From Neoconidiobolus thromboides FSU 785 (Eukaryota; Fungi; Entomophthoromycota): a stretch of DNA of 55,257 bases. The translations under genes and the position numbers were made by a program. The notes under the pieces are model-generated. The model did no database searches, was not told where the DNA came from, and worked only from the letters and a program-made list of their open reading frames with translations. Shown here one piece after another: positions 33,314 to 45,624 of the stretch (position 1 is its first letter; every line of letters starts with the position of its first letter). Location: the NCBI GenBank assembly GCA_025603075.1, contig MU626395.1:1-55257 (forward strand). Reading direction: 5' to 3'.

Positions 33314-34459
33314 TTAAATCTGGAAGCGTACTCCAAACCCAAATTTACTTGCTCCTTTAAGATGGTCAAGCTCTGCTGATAGAGTTAAACTAAGAGGTGG
33401 TACAATATGTTCTTCCAAAACAGTAGAAACTTTTCCGGTAGTGTCAATAGAGGTACGCATAGTGGCAGCACTAAATTCGAATTTTGTTCCTAAAGTACAA
33501 ATAGCGTCCCTTTTACCTTGAGCTGCAATAATTTGAAGATCAACACCAGTTTCAGCCATTTCACTAACCTTATGGAAATAGCTAGCTTGAAGCATACCTT
33601 GATCCATCACTTGAGCAGTTAAAATGGATTCTGGCGTTGCATATTTTGCTGTAAAAGATAAAGATGAATCTTCCATCTCTTTACTAGTACGTTGGAATAA
33701 AGCTTCTGAACCTAAAGCTAAGTTTTTTGTAATTGATTGTAAGTAACTGACAAGAAAAATTCCTGTTGAATCAGAAACAGAAGGATTAATAGCTTTAATA
33801 TTTAAAGCATTATCTGGACCGGCATAATCACTTTCAAGTTGAAGCATAGATTGTTGTACATTTAAACCTGTCTAAATAAATAGTTAAAATTATAAAAGTA
33901 TACTGATAAATATTTTATACCTGAAGGAAGGCTTTTGCTTTTAATCCATTTCCTAAAATATAATGTAAACGTCCGCTAAAATTATATTCATTATCAACTG
34001 AAGTTTGAGCGAAAACCTAAAATAATTTAAAAAAAAAAGAAATAGAGAATTAAAAAAAAGTACATTTTCATCAGAATAAACACCAATAAAATTATATGAT
34101 GAAGGCATTTGTGAAGATCCCAAAGTAAAAGAGTTATTTACTTGAAGATGATTACTAAAGGCCTTAATAAACTCGAAGCTTCCGCCTTCAATTAAAAAGT
34201 TTGAAGGTAAAACATCTAGGTGGTAAAAGATAAGTAAAAGAAGCGATTATAAAATTTTAAGATTACTTTTTACTTCACGATGTAATTCTTCATATACTCC
34301 TGGATTAGGTAAATTTAAGTTTGATTTGAAAGCATTTAATTTTTCTAATGCATTAAGTGGATTAATGGAATCCCAGAATGTTTTTGGTCTAATAGCTTCA
34401 TTTACAATTGGATTAAGTTCCTTAGGTAAACTTCCTAATGACGACGATGGACTACTCAT
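33314..34459 (-). CDS. TOM40: Mitochondrial import channel Tom40, multi-exon
   Basis: LNLPNPGVYEELHREVK; beta-barrel strands; LSAELDHLKGASKFGFGVRFQI C-terminus. Confidence 0.93.
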
Positions 34460-34834
34460 TTTATATATTAAGCGAAGTTTTTAAAAATCTCTTGAATAGA
34501 GCTTTCGTCTTAATTAGTAAAATAGTAATAGTAATTCGAAGCTGCTAATAATCCAAAATAAATTTTATGGGATTAATCATTTGACCAATAAATTATTGTC
34601 TTATATTTATGTAAAATGATAACAAAATAAAATTGGATAATAATATATATAGCATACAGTAGAGTACAAATATGAACTCATTATAAGTTAAAAGTTGATA
34701 AGTTAAAGCTAGATTTAAAGAATATCGTTGGCATTTACAAGTTATCTTTTATCGCTTTATTTGTTATGAAACTATATATACAGAGATAGCACTAAGCATA
34801 ATTTTATATTTCTCAAATATTACACTTTTTAACA

Positions 34835-34938
34835 AATGAGAGTGTTTTTTTGGCTTCATTATTTTTTCTATTTTTTAAGCGCTATTTAAGCGGAAAATTT
34901 GTTAGTAGAATTCTTAAACACAAAAATACATCTCCAAA
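34835..34938 (-). mobile_element. MITE-like TIR element copy (inverted)
   Basis: AATGAGAGTGTTTTTTTGGCTTCATT...TTTTAAGCGCTATTTAAGCGGAAAA...AAACACAAAAATACATCTCCAAA. Confidence 0.85.
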
Positions 34939-35109
34939 TAGTGTTTTTATAATTTATTTTAATGTATTTAAATTAAACTATTAATTATAAAAAAATACTT
35001 TGGAAGTTGTGAACTTAATTATTTTTAATGTATGTAATGATAAACAAATAACTGAACAAAGCAGTTAAAGTTGAACAATCAAAACTAGTAAAATAGAACT
35101 ATAAATTTG

Positions 35110-35349
35110 ATTATAATTAAGCTATACCAACAAAATTAATTATTTATAGTATGTTTCAATATTATAATTTCCAATTAACATCAATTCACTATTATCAGTA
35201 TTAACTATGAAATACTGAAGCTAGTAAATTACAATTATGATTTTGGTTATAATTAAGCTATACTAACAAATTAATTATTTGCAGTATAGTAGAATAGAGT
35301 ACTTTAAAATTAACATTAATTACTATAATAGATATTAATTATTGAAGCT
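35110..35349. repeat. Imperfect direct duplication, period ~137 bp
   Basis: TTATAATTAAGCTATAC(C/T)AACAAA..TTAATTATTT starts at ~35110 and ~35247, each followed by TTAACA...CTAT...TATTAA.TAT..(C/T)TGAAGCT. Confidence 0.65.
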
Positions 35350-35456
35350 TAAGTTTTTAAAATTAGATAATATAAAATTATTGTCAATCAAATGTTACAT
35401 TAATTTATTAAAAGAAATCAATCAATACTATCAAGGACTGTAATACTCTTGTATTA

Positions 35457-35567
35457 TTAAGGCATTCTTCTTTCCTCGTATGGTTGAGGTAAGGCTAAAG
35501 CTAGGACTAGTAAAGTTAAAGTTACTAAAAGGTAACTCTTTTTGATAATGAATTTCTTGGCGGCCAT
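35457..35567 (-). CDS. Candidate 36-aa secreted/membrane micropeptide MAAKKFIIKKSYLLVTLTLLVLALALPQPYEERRMP
   Basis: ATG at 35567 to TAA at 35457, followed by a second TAA. Basic n-region, 15-residue hydrophobic core, A-L-A cleavage-like site. GC-richer than its flanks. Below the ORF track's length cut-off. Confidence 0.4.
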   Translation of the reverse strand: MAAKKFIIKKSYLLVTLTLLVLALALPQPYEERRMP

Positions 35568-36355
35568 AATATTAAGTAAGTTAATTGTTTAATTTTTTAT
35601 TTAACTTTTAGCTTTTCACTTTCTCTTTTATACTTTTTCTTAATCCCCTTTTCGTACTTTTGTTACCCCATTCTTTTTAACTTTAACTAAAATCAGCTAA
35701 CTTGATGTGGAGTTGGTTTTTATTTTTATATATTAAGCAAAATCTATTAAACACGTGGAATCTTTTGTTACAAAACAAGTAATAAAAGAAGCTTATATTT
35801 TATATAAAGTGTATGTTTGAGAATTAAATCTAGACTATTTTTATTTGATTTAATTATTACTATTAACAACTATTATTATTTATAAGTTAATAATGTTTGA
35901 TGTTGACTTTGGGTATAAATTAAAGCATGTCAAATGCTCATCAAAAATGAATGTATCAAATAACAATTATTAAATAAATATTAAAGTAATGATGATTAAA
36001 ATAAATATTAGTAATATAAACAGATAGTAGAACCATTATAATAAATAATATATAATCCTTCAATAAAGTAATTAAAGAAATGAAAAAACATGATATATAC
36101 ACACTCCTCTTTATTTTGTTTTGGGTAGTTTTAAATTTATAGAAAAAAAGATCATTTATTAGTATAATTAATAATGTAAAAAACAAGTAACTAATTTATT
36201 AAAGTAATACTTTTATAACTGAATATAGATATGTTTGATTTATTCGTACATTAAATTTATAAGCAACCAAGTATTATATATATTGACATATTAAATTATA
36301 ATAACTAAATAAATGTTGACTTTATTTGATAAAAATAGACTTTTGTTCATGAATA

Positions 36356-37489
36356 TTAAGGCAATTTTAATAAATGAACTTGCTCATCCCATGCACAAGT
36401 TGCTAATAAACTTGGAATATATAAATTAAAGTCAATTCCCATAGCAAATTCCCTATGCGCATCATGAACAAACACCATTGGGTTACCTTGAAGCTGGTCC
36501 AAATCCCATAGTCTTACTGTCATATCATAAGAAGAAGATGCTACTATATTTCCATGATGAGGAGAACAGCGCACTCTTCTAACTGCATATTGATGGCCCG
36601 CTAAATGTGCTATAGGCTGTCTTGGATTTCTTATGTCCCATAGTTTTATACTTTGGTCAGCCGACCCAGTAACTATTTGTCCTTGATTATATTTATTCCA
36701 ATCCATTGATAATACTTCATGGTCATGTGCTGGTATAGTTAATGTTGAATTAGGGACTTTTAAATCCCACACCTTTAATGAATGATCTCCACTAACAGAA
36801 GCAAATAAATCGGGGTCATAAGGGGACCAACTAGCTTCATATACACAACCACTGTGTTCTTTGAATGTTGCTATTGATACTGCTCTATCTGGCCTAAACT
36901 AATATAATTAATGATTAAATAGAAATAAACTGATAATTTATTTACCACTTTAATCGTTTTATCCCAAGAACAAGATAGAAATAAATCCTTTTTAATTAAA
37001 TTCCAATTCACACTAAAAACTTCTCTTTCGTGTTCCGACCAATTCATAATAGGAAAATCCTAAAATAAAATATTAGAAAATAAACAGGATATGAATTAAT
37101 TACATTTAGATTGGCATCCCATAGTTTTATACTACCATCACCACTGCATGTTATTAAATGGTTTTCATTTTCTTCACTCCAAGCAATGTCAAATAAACCA
37201 TCTTGTGTATCAAAGCTAAATAATTTATGCTAGATATCTTTTTTTTTTAAATTTATATCATTCTTTACATTTTCTCGATAACTATACCTTCGGGTGTATC
37301 AGCTAATAGAAATAATCGACCATTACCTACTAATCCAAAATTGGCAGAAGACGCTACCGCTAATTTATTTTCAAAGAATGGATTGAATTGCACCTATAAT
37401 TAGACTTATTAAATTAAATCAACTTGTATTTTAGATCTTTTATTTACTGAATAGCCATTAAATCCTTCTGTAACTAATTGTTTAAACAT
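36356..37489 (-). CDS. PEX7: Peroxisomal PTS2 receptor Pex7 (WD40), multi-exon
   Basis: [33 protein letters not shown]; [14 protein letters not shown]; [11 protein letters not shown]; [11 protein letters not shown]; LATCAWDE. Confidence 0.94.
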
Positions 37490-37918
37490 TTAAAAAAGAC
37501 AAAATTTGATTTATTATAATAAAATTTTGATTTATTAACATTTGAAATTCTATTATAAAAATAAAGCTAGTTTAATTGGTTAATTTTCTGATTTTTGACT
37601 TTTGATTTCGTAACTATAAAACTTGAATATTTAATATCCTTGTTTATATAATCATACAATCATACAATTATACAATTGTATACTCTAAAAAGCTAAAATA
37701 ATTAAACAATTACTAAGAAAGTAATATACACTCTGATCTAAAGTTACTAAAATATTAGTTTCAAATTGTTCACGCTACTATTATTTAATATTTATTAAAA
37801 TTACAATGCTCCTTTAATTTAATTTTGATGAAGAATAAGCAAACATGAATTTATTTTTGGAAAATAAAAAGACCAATTTTATTTCAGTTTTATTTTTTAG
37901 ACTTTGACTTTTAATTTA

Positions 37919-39294
37919 ATGATTTATTTAAGAAAACAATTAATAAGAAACTGTTTAAAATTCAATAAACAATTTTATTCATCAAAATACATTATTGGTA
38001 ATGATATATATAACAACGACTTTAATGACAACAACAATGAAGTCGTTTCAAAGGTAAGTTTAATATCATATTTTATTATTATTACTAACTTCAATTTAAT
38101 TTAAAGGGTGGTAGCTTTGTAGATTATAAATTAATTAAAGTGATGGGAGGTAATGGTGGAGATGGAACAGTGAGTTTCCATAGAGACAAAATTACTTCTT
38201 TTGGTCCACCTGATGGAGGGAACGGAGGGGAAGGGGGAAGTGTTTATTTTAAAGTAGATAAAAATGAAAGTACTTTGGCATCCCTCAAATATCGTTGTAG
38301 AGCAAAAGATGGTGTTAATGGCAAAGGAAAAGGTATGCATGGTCAAGCAGGAGAAGATCTATTTATAACTGTACCACTTGGAACGATCGTAAAAGAAGTA
38401 GACCCACCTAAAAGTGCCAATGTTTCTGAAAACTCGTTATTCAAAGGAAGTGATTTAACTAGTGAATACATAAATCAAGTAATGGAATTAGACGATGATA
38501 TGGCAAAATATTATAAAGTATATCCGGCGGCAAAACAAGACACTTTTGATTTTCCAGTACCAAGGCAAATAAAAGAAAATCAAAAAGAAAAGGTCAAGTT
38601 AGACTTGGATTTAAGAGAAGAAGGAAACTATATAATAGCGAATGGCGGGAAAGGTGGGTATGGAAATCCTCATTTCTCTACAAGAGATAGAAAATCAGCA
38701 ATGATAGCTGAAAGAGGGTTAGAAGGGGAAGTTAAATATTTAGAATTAGAACTAAAAACAATAGCGGATTGCGGTTTAGTAGGTATGCCTAATGCAGGCA
38801 AATCTACTTTTTTAGCAGCAGTATCAAATGCACATCCAAAGATTGCACCTTATCCATTTACAACTTTAAACCCACATTTGGGGACAATTGATTACTCTGA
38901 TTTTACACAAGTCACTATTGCAGATATTCCTGGTATAATCCCTGGAGCTCATATCAACAAGGGATTAGGACATACGTTTTTAAGGCACATAGAAAGATCC
39001 AAGATTTTGATATATATTATAGATGTATCTCAAAAGGATCCATTAAATGATTTAAATATACTTATTAATGAATTAGAACAGTATAAACAAGGATTAAGTA
39101 AAAAAGCATCGATTGTTATTGCAAATAAGTCTGATTTATCAAATAGTAACATATTAACTCATTTCAAAAATTCACTACCAAATAATATGCAAATGATACC
39201 AATTTCAGCCAAATATAAAAAAAATATTATTAAAGCAACAAATTTAATCAAAAGTTTAGTAAACAGTAATAAAAATAAAGAAATAGATTGTTAA
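37919..39294 (+). CDS. MTG2: Mitochondrial Obg-family GTPase (Mtg2/GTPBP5), one intron ~38054-38106
   Basis: Presequence-like MIYLRKQLIRNCLKFNKQFYSSK; glycine-rich Obg fold GGNGGDG, GPPDGGNGGEGG, GGKGGYGN; GMPNAGKST; YPFTTLNP; DIPG; NKSD. Confidence 0.92.
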
Positions 39295-39528
39295 TATTTA
39301 TTTAAATAAAAGCATAGACTATTATTTCTTATTTTCAGTTACATTTTTAACCTTTTAATAGTTAAGAAAATAAGTGAATTTATAAAAACTATCTTTTGAC
39401 ATAGGGATGCTTAGTAAAAAATAAATCCATTTAAAGCTGAAGGAATTATTCTTAAACATTTAAATAAAATTTAATGATTAAAATGATTTGATATTAAATA
39501 GTAAGAGCATGTTTGATACAAAGCAATG

Positions 39529-40870
39529 TTAAATCGATATGATAATGTCGGATGTTAATATCTGGTGACAAAAGGGACGACAGGTAGAATTTACACTTAG
39601 TATTTTTAAAAGAAACTCAAGTGGAAGGCATTCTTTATCGTTAGGTAAACTATGTGGAAGTTTGGATGATTTTTCATATTGACAATATAAGAGATCTTTT
39701 GGTAGATATTCCTTTAAGCTTTCAATCGTTCTTGGTTTACAATTACTATAGCGCCAAGGTAAATGGCCAGTTACCATATAATAGTATATTATACCACAAG
39801 ACCAAACATCAGCTTTTCTTCCATCAAAGTCATAAGGATCAAACCCTTCTGGCGCAATGTATGGTTGCGACCCTACTGCCCCAGAGCATGGATAAACTAT
39901 ATTTTGTTTCCATGGCTGTATGATTACCTCAGCAGATCCAAAATCGGATATCTTTAAGTTAGAATTAGAATCTAACAATAGGTTCTCAGGTTTGATATCA
40001 CGGTGTACTACACCAGTTTGATGAAGGTAATTAACACCTTCTAGTAATTGTTTGAATAAAATATTTGCCTTTTGACAATTCATTGTTTTGGTTTGAATAA
40101 GACTAAATAAATCTCCGTTTAAACAATACTCCATTACTTGGCACCATGATCCAAGTTCTTCATCGTAAACTAGATCCATAACTTGAACAATATTTTGATG
40201 GCTTAAAGAAGACCCTATACAAAATTCAGAAGCTATTTTCTTTAAATACGATTTCTCTGTTTGGTCTTCCTTTTTCGGGACAAATCTTTTAATGGCAAAT
40301 AGCGATTTAGACAAACCATTGGTTGAAAATTTATGTGACAAACGAACAGTACTCGTTGCCCCAGAGCCGATAGTGTTCTTGTCACATTCACCGTACTTTT
40401 CAAATAGTATCGAGTGACGATTCTGTTGAATTTTTTTGTTTTTAGTGCTATTTATATGTAAAGAGAATCTGTTATCATCTTTGTTATTGTGCTTGACGTC
40501 GGACTTTAAAGTATCCTTTGACTGAGGGTTGTATGGTAAACTGACATCAAAGTTCAATACTGAGTCTGTTTTCTTTTTTACAAATTGCTTTTCATGTTTT
40601 AATCTAGCAAAATCTAAAAGCATTGATTGTGAATTAATACGTCTTAAAGAAGGTTTGGTACTCGATTCGTCAAATGAGTTGGTTAAAATGATAGCCTGGA
40701 CTGATAAGTCAGCTACAACTGCAGGTAAAGGGGTTGAAAGGTTCAAAGAGAGATACTGAATATTTCGTAAATTTTTATTTTAAGATGCTTAAAACAGTAC
40801 TTACTTTTTCTTTTTTATTAAATTCTTTATTACCCCAAGTTGGAGAGCTTAATCCAGTACAAATTGGCAT
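39529..40870 (-). CDS. NPR/HAL-family (Hrk1/Sat4-like) Ser/Thr kinase, 2 exons
   Basis: Exon 1 MPICTGLSSPTWG...KEK (from 40870) splices in frame over a GT-AG intron (~40804-40756). IGSGATSTVRL; AIKRF; IASEFCIGSSLSHQNIV (HAL-family hallmark); HRDIKPENLLL; DFG; GSQPYIAPE; DVWSCG. Confidence 0.88.
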
Positions 40871-41703
40871 AAGATCTTATTTTATTTAGCTAATAAAATC
40901 AGGAAAAAATGGAGATTCAGAGAGATTATATTAAAACAATTAACAAAGTTTCACCAACTATTTTTTATTTCAAAATATTAAATCTTCATCTAAATCCCCT
41001 ACTTTTATATCAGTTAAACCTAAAACTAGCTTAATTTGAGTTCTTAGCTTGTTTAACTGGGTGATCGCCAAACTACTAAACAAATATGGTGGATTGAGAT
41101 ATGCAGCATTTAATTCGCTAAATAAAAGCATAATTCCATGTCTTTTCTCACAAAATAATCTCGCAAAATTATCCGTTGTCATGAGATTTTATTTTTCATA
41201 AATACCCTTTTAATGATATTACTTTAAGCCTAACCCAATCCCTCTTCTATTGTTTTATATGCTATAGTGATTGGTTACATTGTAGCATGGTTTGAAATCA
41301 AGTGAAATTATTAATTATTTTAATTCATTTTAAGCATAATAAAAAGAATAATGATAGAAAATAAAATGATCTAAAATGACCTAAAAACTATGCCAAAGTT
41401 GAAATTAATATTTGCTGCAACTCTATTACAACCTAATTTGCGGTAGTTTTTGGAGCTAGTCATTTATTTTTTTATTTTTTCAAAGGTTAATCTTAAGATT
41501 CTAAATGGTTCTAGCAAAATTTTATTCTTAAATGAGTAGTTAAAAAGGCTACAACGGTTGTTGCAGCAGCCATAGAGAGGAGATAATTTAAAAATAAACC
41601 TACATGACTTAATAATTAGTTTACTATTATAATGAAACTTTCACCTAATTAATTTCAAACCTGAAAAAAAGCGATTTTGTTTTGCAAATGATCTTTTCTT
41701 TTA

Positions 41704-41806
41704 TATAGAGATGTTTTTTGGCTTCATTATTTTTTCCATCTTTTAAGCACTATTTGAGTGTAAAAATTATTAGTAAAATTCTTAAATACAAAAATATATC
41801 CTCATA
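41704..41806 (-). mobile_element. MITE-like TIR element copy (inverted)
   Basis: TATAGAGATGTTTTTTGGCTTCATT...TTTGAGTG...AAAAATATATCCTCATA. Confidence 0.85.
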
Positions 41807-41872
41807 TTATATATATTCTTATTATTCAAAATTTTTACAGCTCTAATGAAAATAACTATTAAAAAACTAATA

Positions 41873-41975
41873 TATGAGGATATTTTTCTTAATTTCATTA
41901 TTTTTCCATTTTTAAGCATTATTTGAGTGGAAAAATTCTTGTTAAAATTCTTAAATACAAAAATATATCCCCATA
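41873..41975 (-). mobile_element. MITE-like TIR element copy (inverted)
   Basis: TATGAGGATATTTTT...TTTGAGTGGAAAAA...AAAAATATATCCCCATA. Confidence 0.85.
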
Positions 41976-42156
41976 TCCTATCTATATTTTCAAGTTAAAT
42001 TTTACATTATATTCCTGTCAAATCTTATGAAAATAAATTGCTTCTAAGGGAAATATGAAACAATAACAATATTATCACTTTTATGGTTTAATTTAATTAT
42101 TTTCAAAATCAATGTTGCTTCTCATAACATTTTATTAGGTTTCTTTACTATTGGTT

Positions 42157-43245
42157 TTACCAACTCAATTTTGTGACTTTAAGAGCGTTCGGTTCATTAG
42201 AAATAGTACACATAGTTTGATATATAATTTGCATATCAGCTAAATGTGATTTATCAGAATTAGGCGGTAACAGCTTACAAATCATAGATTATTATGATAA
42301 ACATAAATATAGATATAGAAATTACTTGTAAAACTTGATCAAATGGACATTCTCTTTCAGAATATTCTTTAATCATAAAATTGGTATTAAACCCATGATA
42401 AATACGTGTATCTCTAACTCTAAATAATACATTATCAACTCGAAGTGAAAACCTTTGTAATAAAAAAAATCCACTTGGCATTACTCTCTAAACAAAATGA
42501 ATTAATAATTAATAGTTTCAATATCAAGTTATTTACTATTTTAACATTTAATACAGCACTTCCATTATCCCCTAATTCGTCTTCAAAAAGTATATTATCA
42601 GCATAAAATAAAATAGGTTCAGTTTGTTTTAGGATTTCTAAATCTATACGATCCTTTGTATTTTCTTCTATCTAAAAAATAATCAAATAAATCATTTTTT
42701 AAATTATTTAAGTTATTTACCTTAACTGTATCTCTTAAAGTATTAGTTCCTGAATAATTAGAAGTATAAGTCCAATCGTATGGATTAGCAACTTCTTTAA
42801 CTTCATCCCAATCTTGTCTACAAAAAACAGAAGTATTTATATAAAAGTATTTAAAACCTTATTAGGTTACCTTTCTTTATACCATGCTTCAGAATAAGCA
42901 ACCTTTAATTTTGAAGAATTTTCACTAGTATCGACTAGCTTCAAAGCTTCTATAGGATTAAAATTGATATTTATACCCAAATTTTCATTTTTAACCGTTA
43001 CTTTATTATTGCCAAATATCATTTCTGGCAAAGGTAAGTTCAATTCCTTTGAGTAGCTAAATAATTTAAATTTAGAATTTAAAACTAAGATTTATTTACT
43101 CGTCAATCTCAGAACTAGATAATATACTTGATTTTTTTGATGATATCTCCCATCCTTTAATTCTTATACCGTTACCATCATTTGATTCAAATAACTCAGG
43201 TATCTGACTATTAGTTAAGCTTGGATGTGGTAAAGTTCTCTGCAT
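42157..43245 (-). CDS. TIP41: Tip41/TIPRL PP2A-type phosphatase regulator, multi-exon
   Basis: LPLPEMIFGNN; NFNPIEAL; PYDWTYTSNYSGT; IDLEILKQTEPILFY; LFEDELGDNG; RVMPSGFFLLQRFSLRVDNVLFRVRDTRIYH. Confidence 0.94.
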
Positions 43246-43350
43246 AGTAAATATAAAAAAGCAAAAGATAGAGCTTGAATGATGTCATGCTAAATTTTAT
43301 AAAATGACACCATAAAAATTTCATTAAACTTTTTTAAGTTATTTAGTAAA

Positions 43351-45570
43351 ATGGAATATCCAAGTAAAGAATTATTGTTTATAATAAGAACCCAAGAAAA
43401 CAGTATACAAAAATTTATAAACCAAAACTATGAAAGAAAAGAATTGTTTCCAAATTTATCTCATCAAGGGTTTGAATTATTGAAGGATTATTTAATACAA
43501 CAACAAGGGTTATGTAAGCAGATAATAAATTTAAGTAAAAGCTTGGTATTGTTTTTATTAAATTTATATCAACATAGTAAAAATACTTTGAAACTGAATG
43601 AGAATGTGTATTTAATCCATCACTTGTTAAAGTTGTTCGATGGAATTTTCAAACATGGTCTAAAACATAAAACAACGCTTTTAGGTTACAAAAGAAGTTA
43701 TTTTGATATGCTTTATGATTTCTTTACTTATAATGCTAAACCAACGAATGAAACAGATAAAAAGATCGTTGAAAATATTTATAATAAAAGTTTAACAGAC
43801 TCAAGTGGAGGCTTGGCATGGTTTAGTGTAGGATTAAATGATAAATTACTCTATGATCGACTAGATATACTAATTAACAATAACAATTTTATAAGGTAAA
43901 ATAACTAATACAAATTAATATTAATACATTTAAAAATTAATATAAGAGAATGGTATGAACCATATGCATTTATAAATTCTCCTCAAGCTATCCTATTTAT
44001 TAACTTAGTTGCTACATTTAAGCCAATTCCATTTTATATCAAGTTTGATGAAGCTTTTTTCATACAGCAGGCTAAGGCTTATGAAAAATTGATGCTAGAA
44101 AATGAGTTTAAAGTTTGGATGAATGAAGTTATGGGGGACTTGGAACAAGTTACAAATAAGTAAACTATATAAATTTCATTTTAACTAAACTTAATATTCA
44201 AAAATAAGCAATCATAATGAAACTACCTCAGATGAAAGCTCAGAAGACGAAGTTGATACTGAAAATAAAGTAATTAATAAATTTTGTAGCTATATTAATT
44301 TAATAAATGATAATAAAAAGGAAGGCGAAAACTCGTATTCAAATGAAATTGATCAAAAAGTGGAAGAAAATGAAAATGGCAAGACTCAGGAAACTATAGA
44401 TAATAATGAAGTCAAAATAAAAGTTAAAGATACTATGGTTAGGGAAAATGTAGAATTGCAAATAGAAAATGATATTAAAGAAATGAAAATAGATGAAAGA
44501 GAATTAGCTGATCAAAATAGTAATGAAATACTAAACGAGAATACAAAAGACTTGGAAAGAGACAGTGAAACCCTAATAAAAAAAGAGTTAGATCATAAAA
44601 CAATAAACGTAAGAGCTTTGTCACAAAAAACATCTTCAAATGACAATGAATCTCTAAATAAAATCACTCTTTTAGAAGAGGAAAATAAAGACATTTTGTT
44701 AGAGAACGAAGAATTGAAAGAAGAAATCAAGGCATTTAAAAGAAATCAACTAACTCATATTGAAGAAATAACACAATTAAAAGATCATCAGCATAATTTA
44801 CAAAAGAGTATAGAAGAATATCAATGTATGATACAAAACTTACAAACTAGAATTAAAGAATTGGAGCGAGAACAAGAGGATTACCAAAATAGATTCCAAG
44901 AGCTTGGAACGCAATTGGCATTTGCTATAGGAGAAAAGGCAACACAAACAGCACAATTAAATCAAGCACAAGTAAATAGTAATTTATTAAAGAAAAAAAA
45001 CCAAGAATTACAAGAAAATTTACATCAATCTTATCAAGACAAATATCAACTAGCCGAACAGATGAATAAGTTACAAGTGCAGTATCAAGATTTAAATCAA
45101 TCTTATTTAAATATAAAAAATACAACTTTAGAAAAAGATCAATTGTTAAGCGTGTTAGCAGATGAAATGGCTAAATCAAAATGGACCCTTAAAGAATTAA
45201 GTTTAAAACAGCAACATGAAAAATCATTAAGAGACGAAATTCACCTTTGGGTAGATGATTCATTAGCTGCGCAATGTACCAAATGCAATACTCCGTTTTC
45301 ATTGGTAGTGCGTAAACATCACTGTCGAAGAGATGGGTAAACATTATTAATATAATTTATTGATAGTTATTTAATTAATTTAGTAAGGTATATTGTGGAC
45401 CATGTACAAACTACAAAGCTGTTTTACCTGCTTCTAGGAAACCAAAAAGGGTGTGTGTCGATTGCTATAATATGTTAAAAGAAGGTGGAAGCCAAGAAGT
45501 ATATAATCGTTCTGAAAGTAAAAAATAATACCAATAATTAAATTATATTTTAGTGTCAATAAATAGTTAA
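43351..45570 (+). CDS. RUN-domain / coiled-coil / FYVE protein (RUFY-like), multi-exon; stop at 45570 if a last short intron is spliced, otherwise 45530
   Basis: RUN-like blocks LFDGIFKHGLK, GGLAWFSVGLNDKLL and EWYEPYAFI; long E/Q/K/L coiled coil at 44360-45240; FYVE WVDD..CTKC..FSLVVRKHHCRRDG/KVYCGPC...RVCVDC. Confidence 0.85.
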
Positions 45571-45624
45571 TGAATCATTTGTTTCAAATATTTTTTACAT
45601 TTTATTTTTGAAAGAGCGTGTATT

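Noticed and set aside
35956-36186. 76-aa hydrophobic ORF
   Set aside because: Extremely AT-rich (F/I/L/Y/N/K from poly-A/T), TTG start, downstream of the PEX7 stop; consistent with chance.
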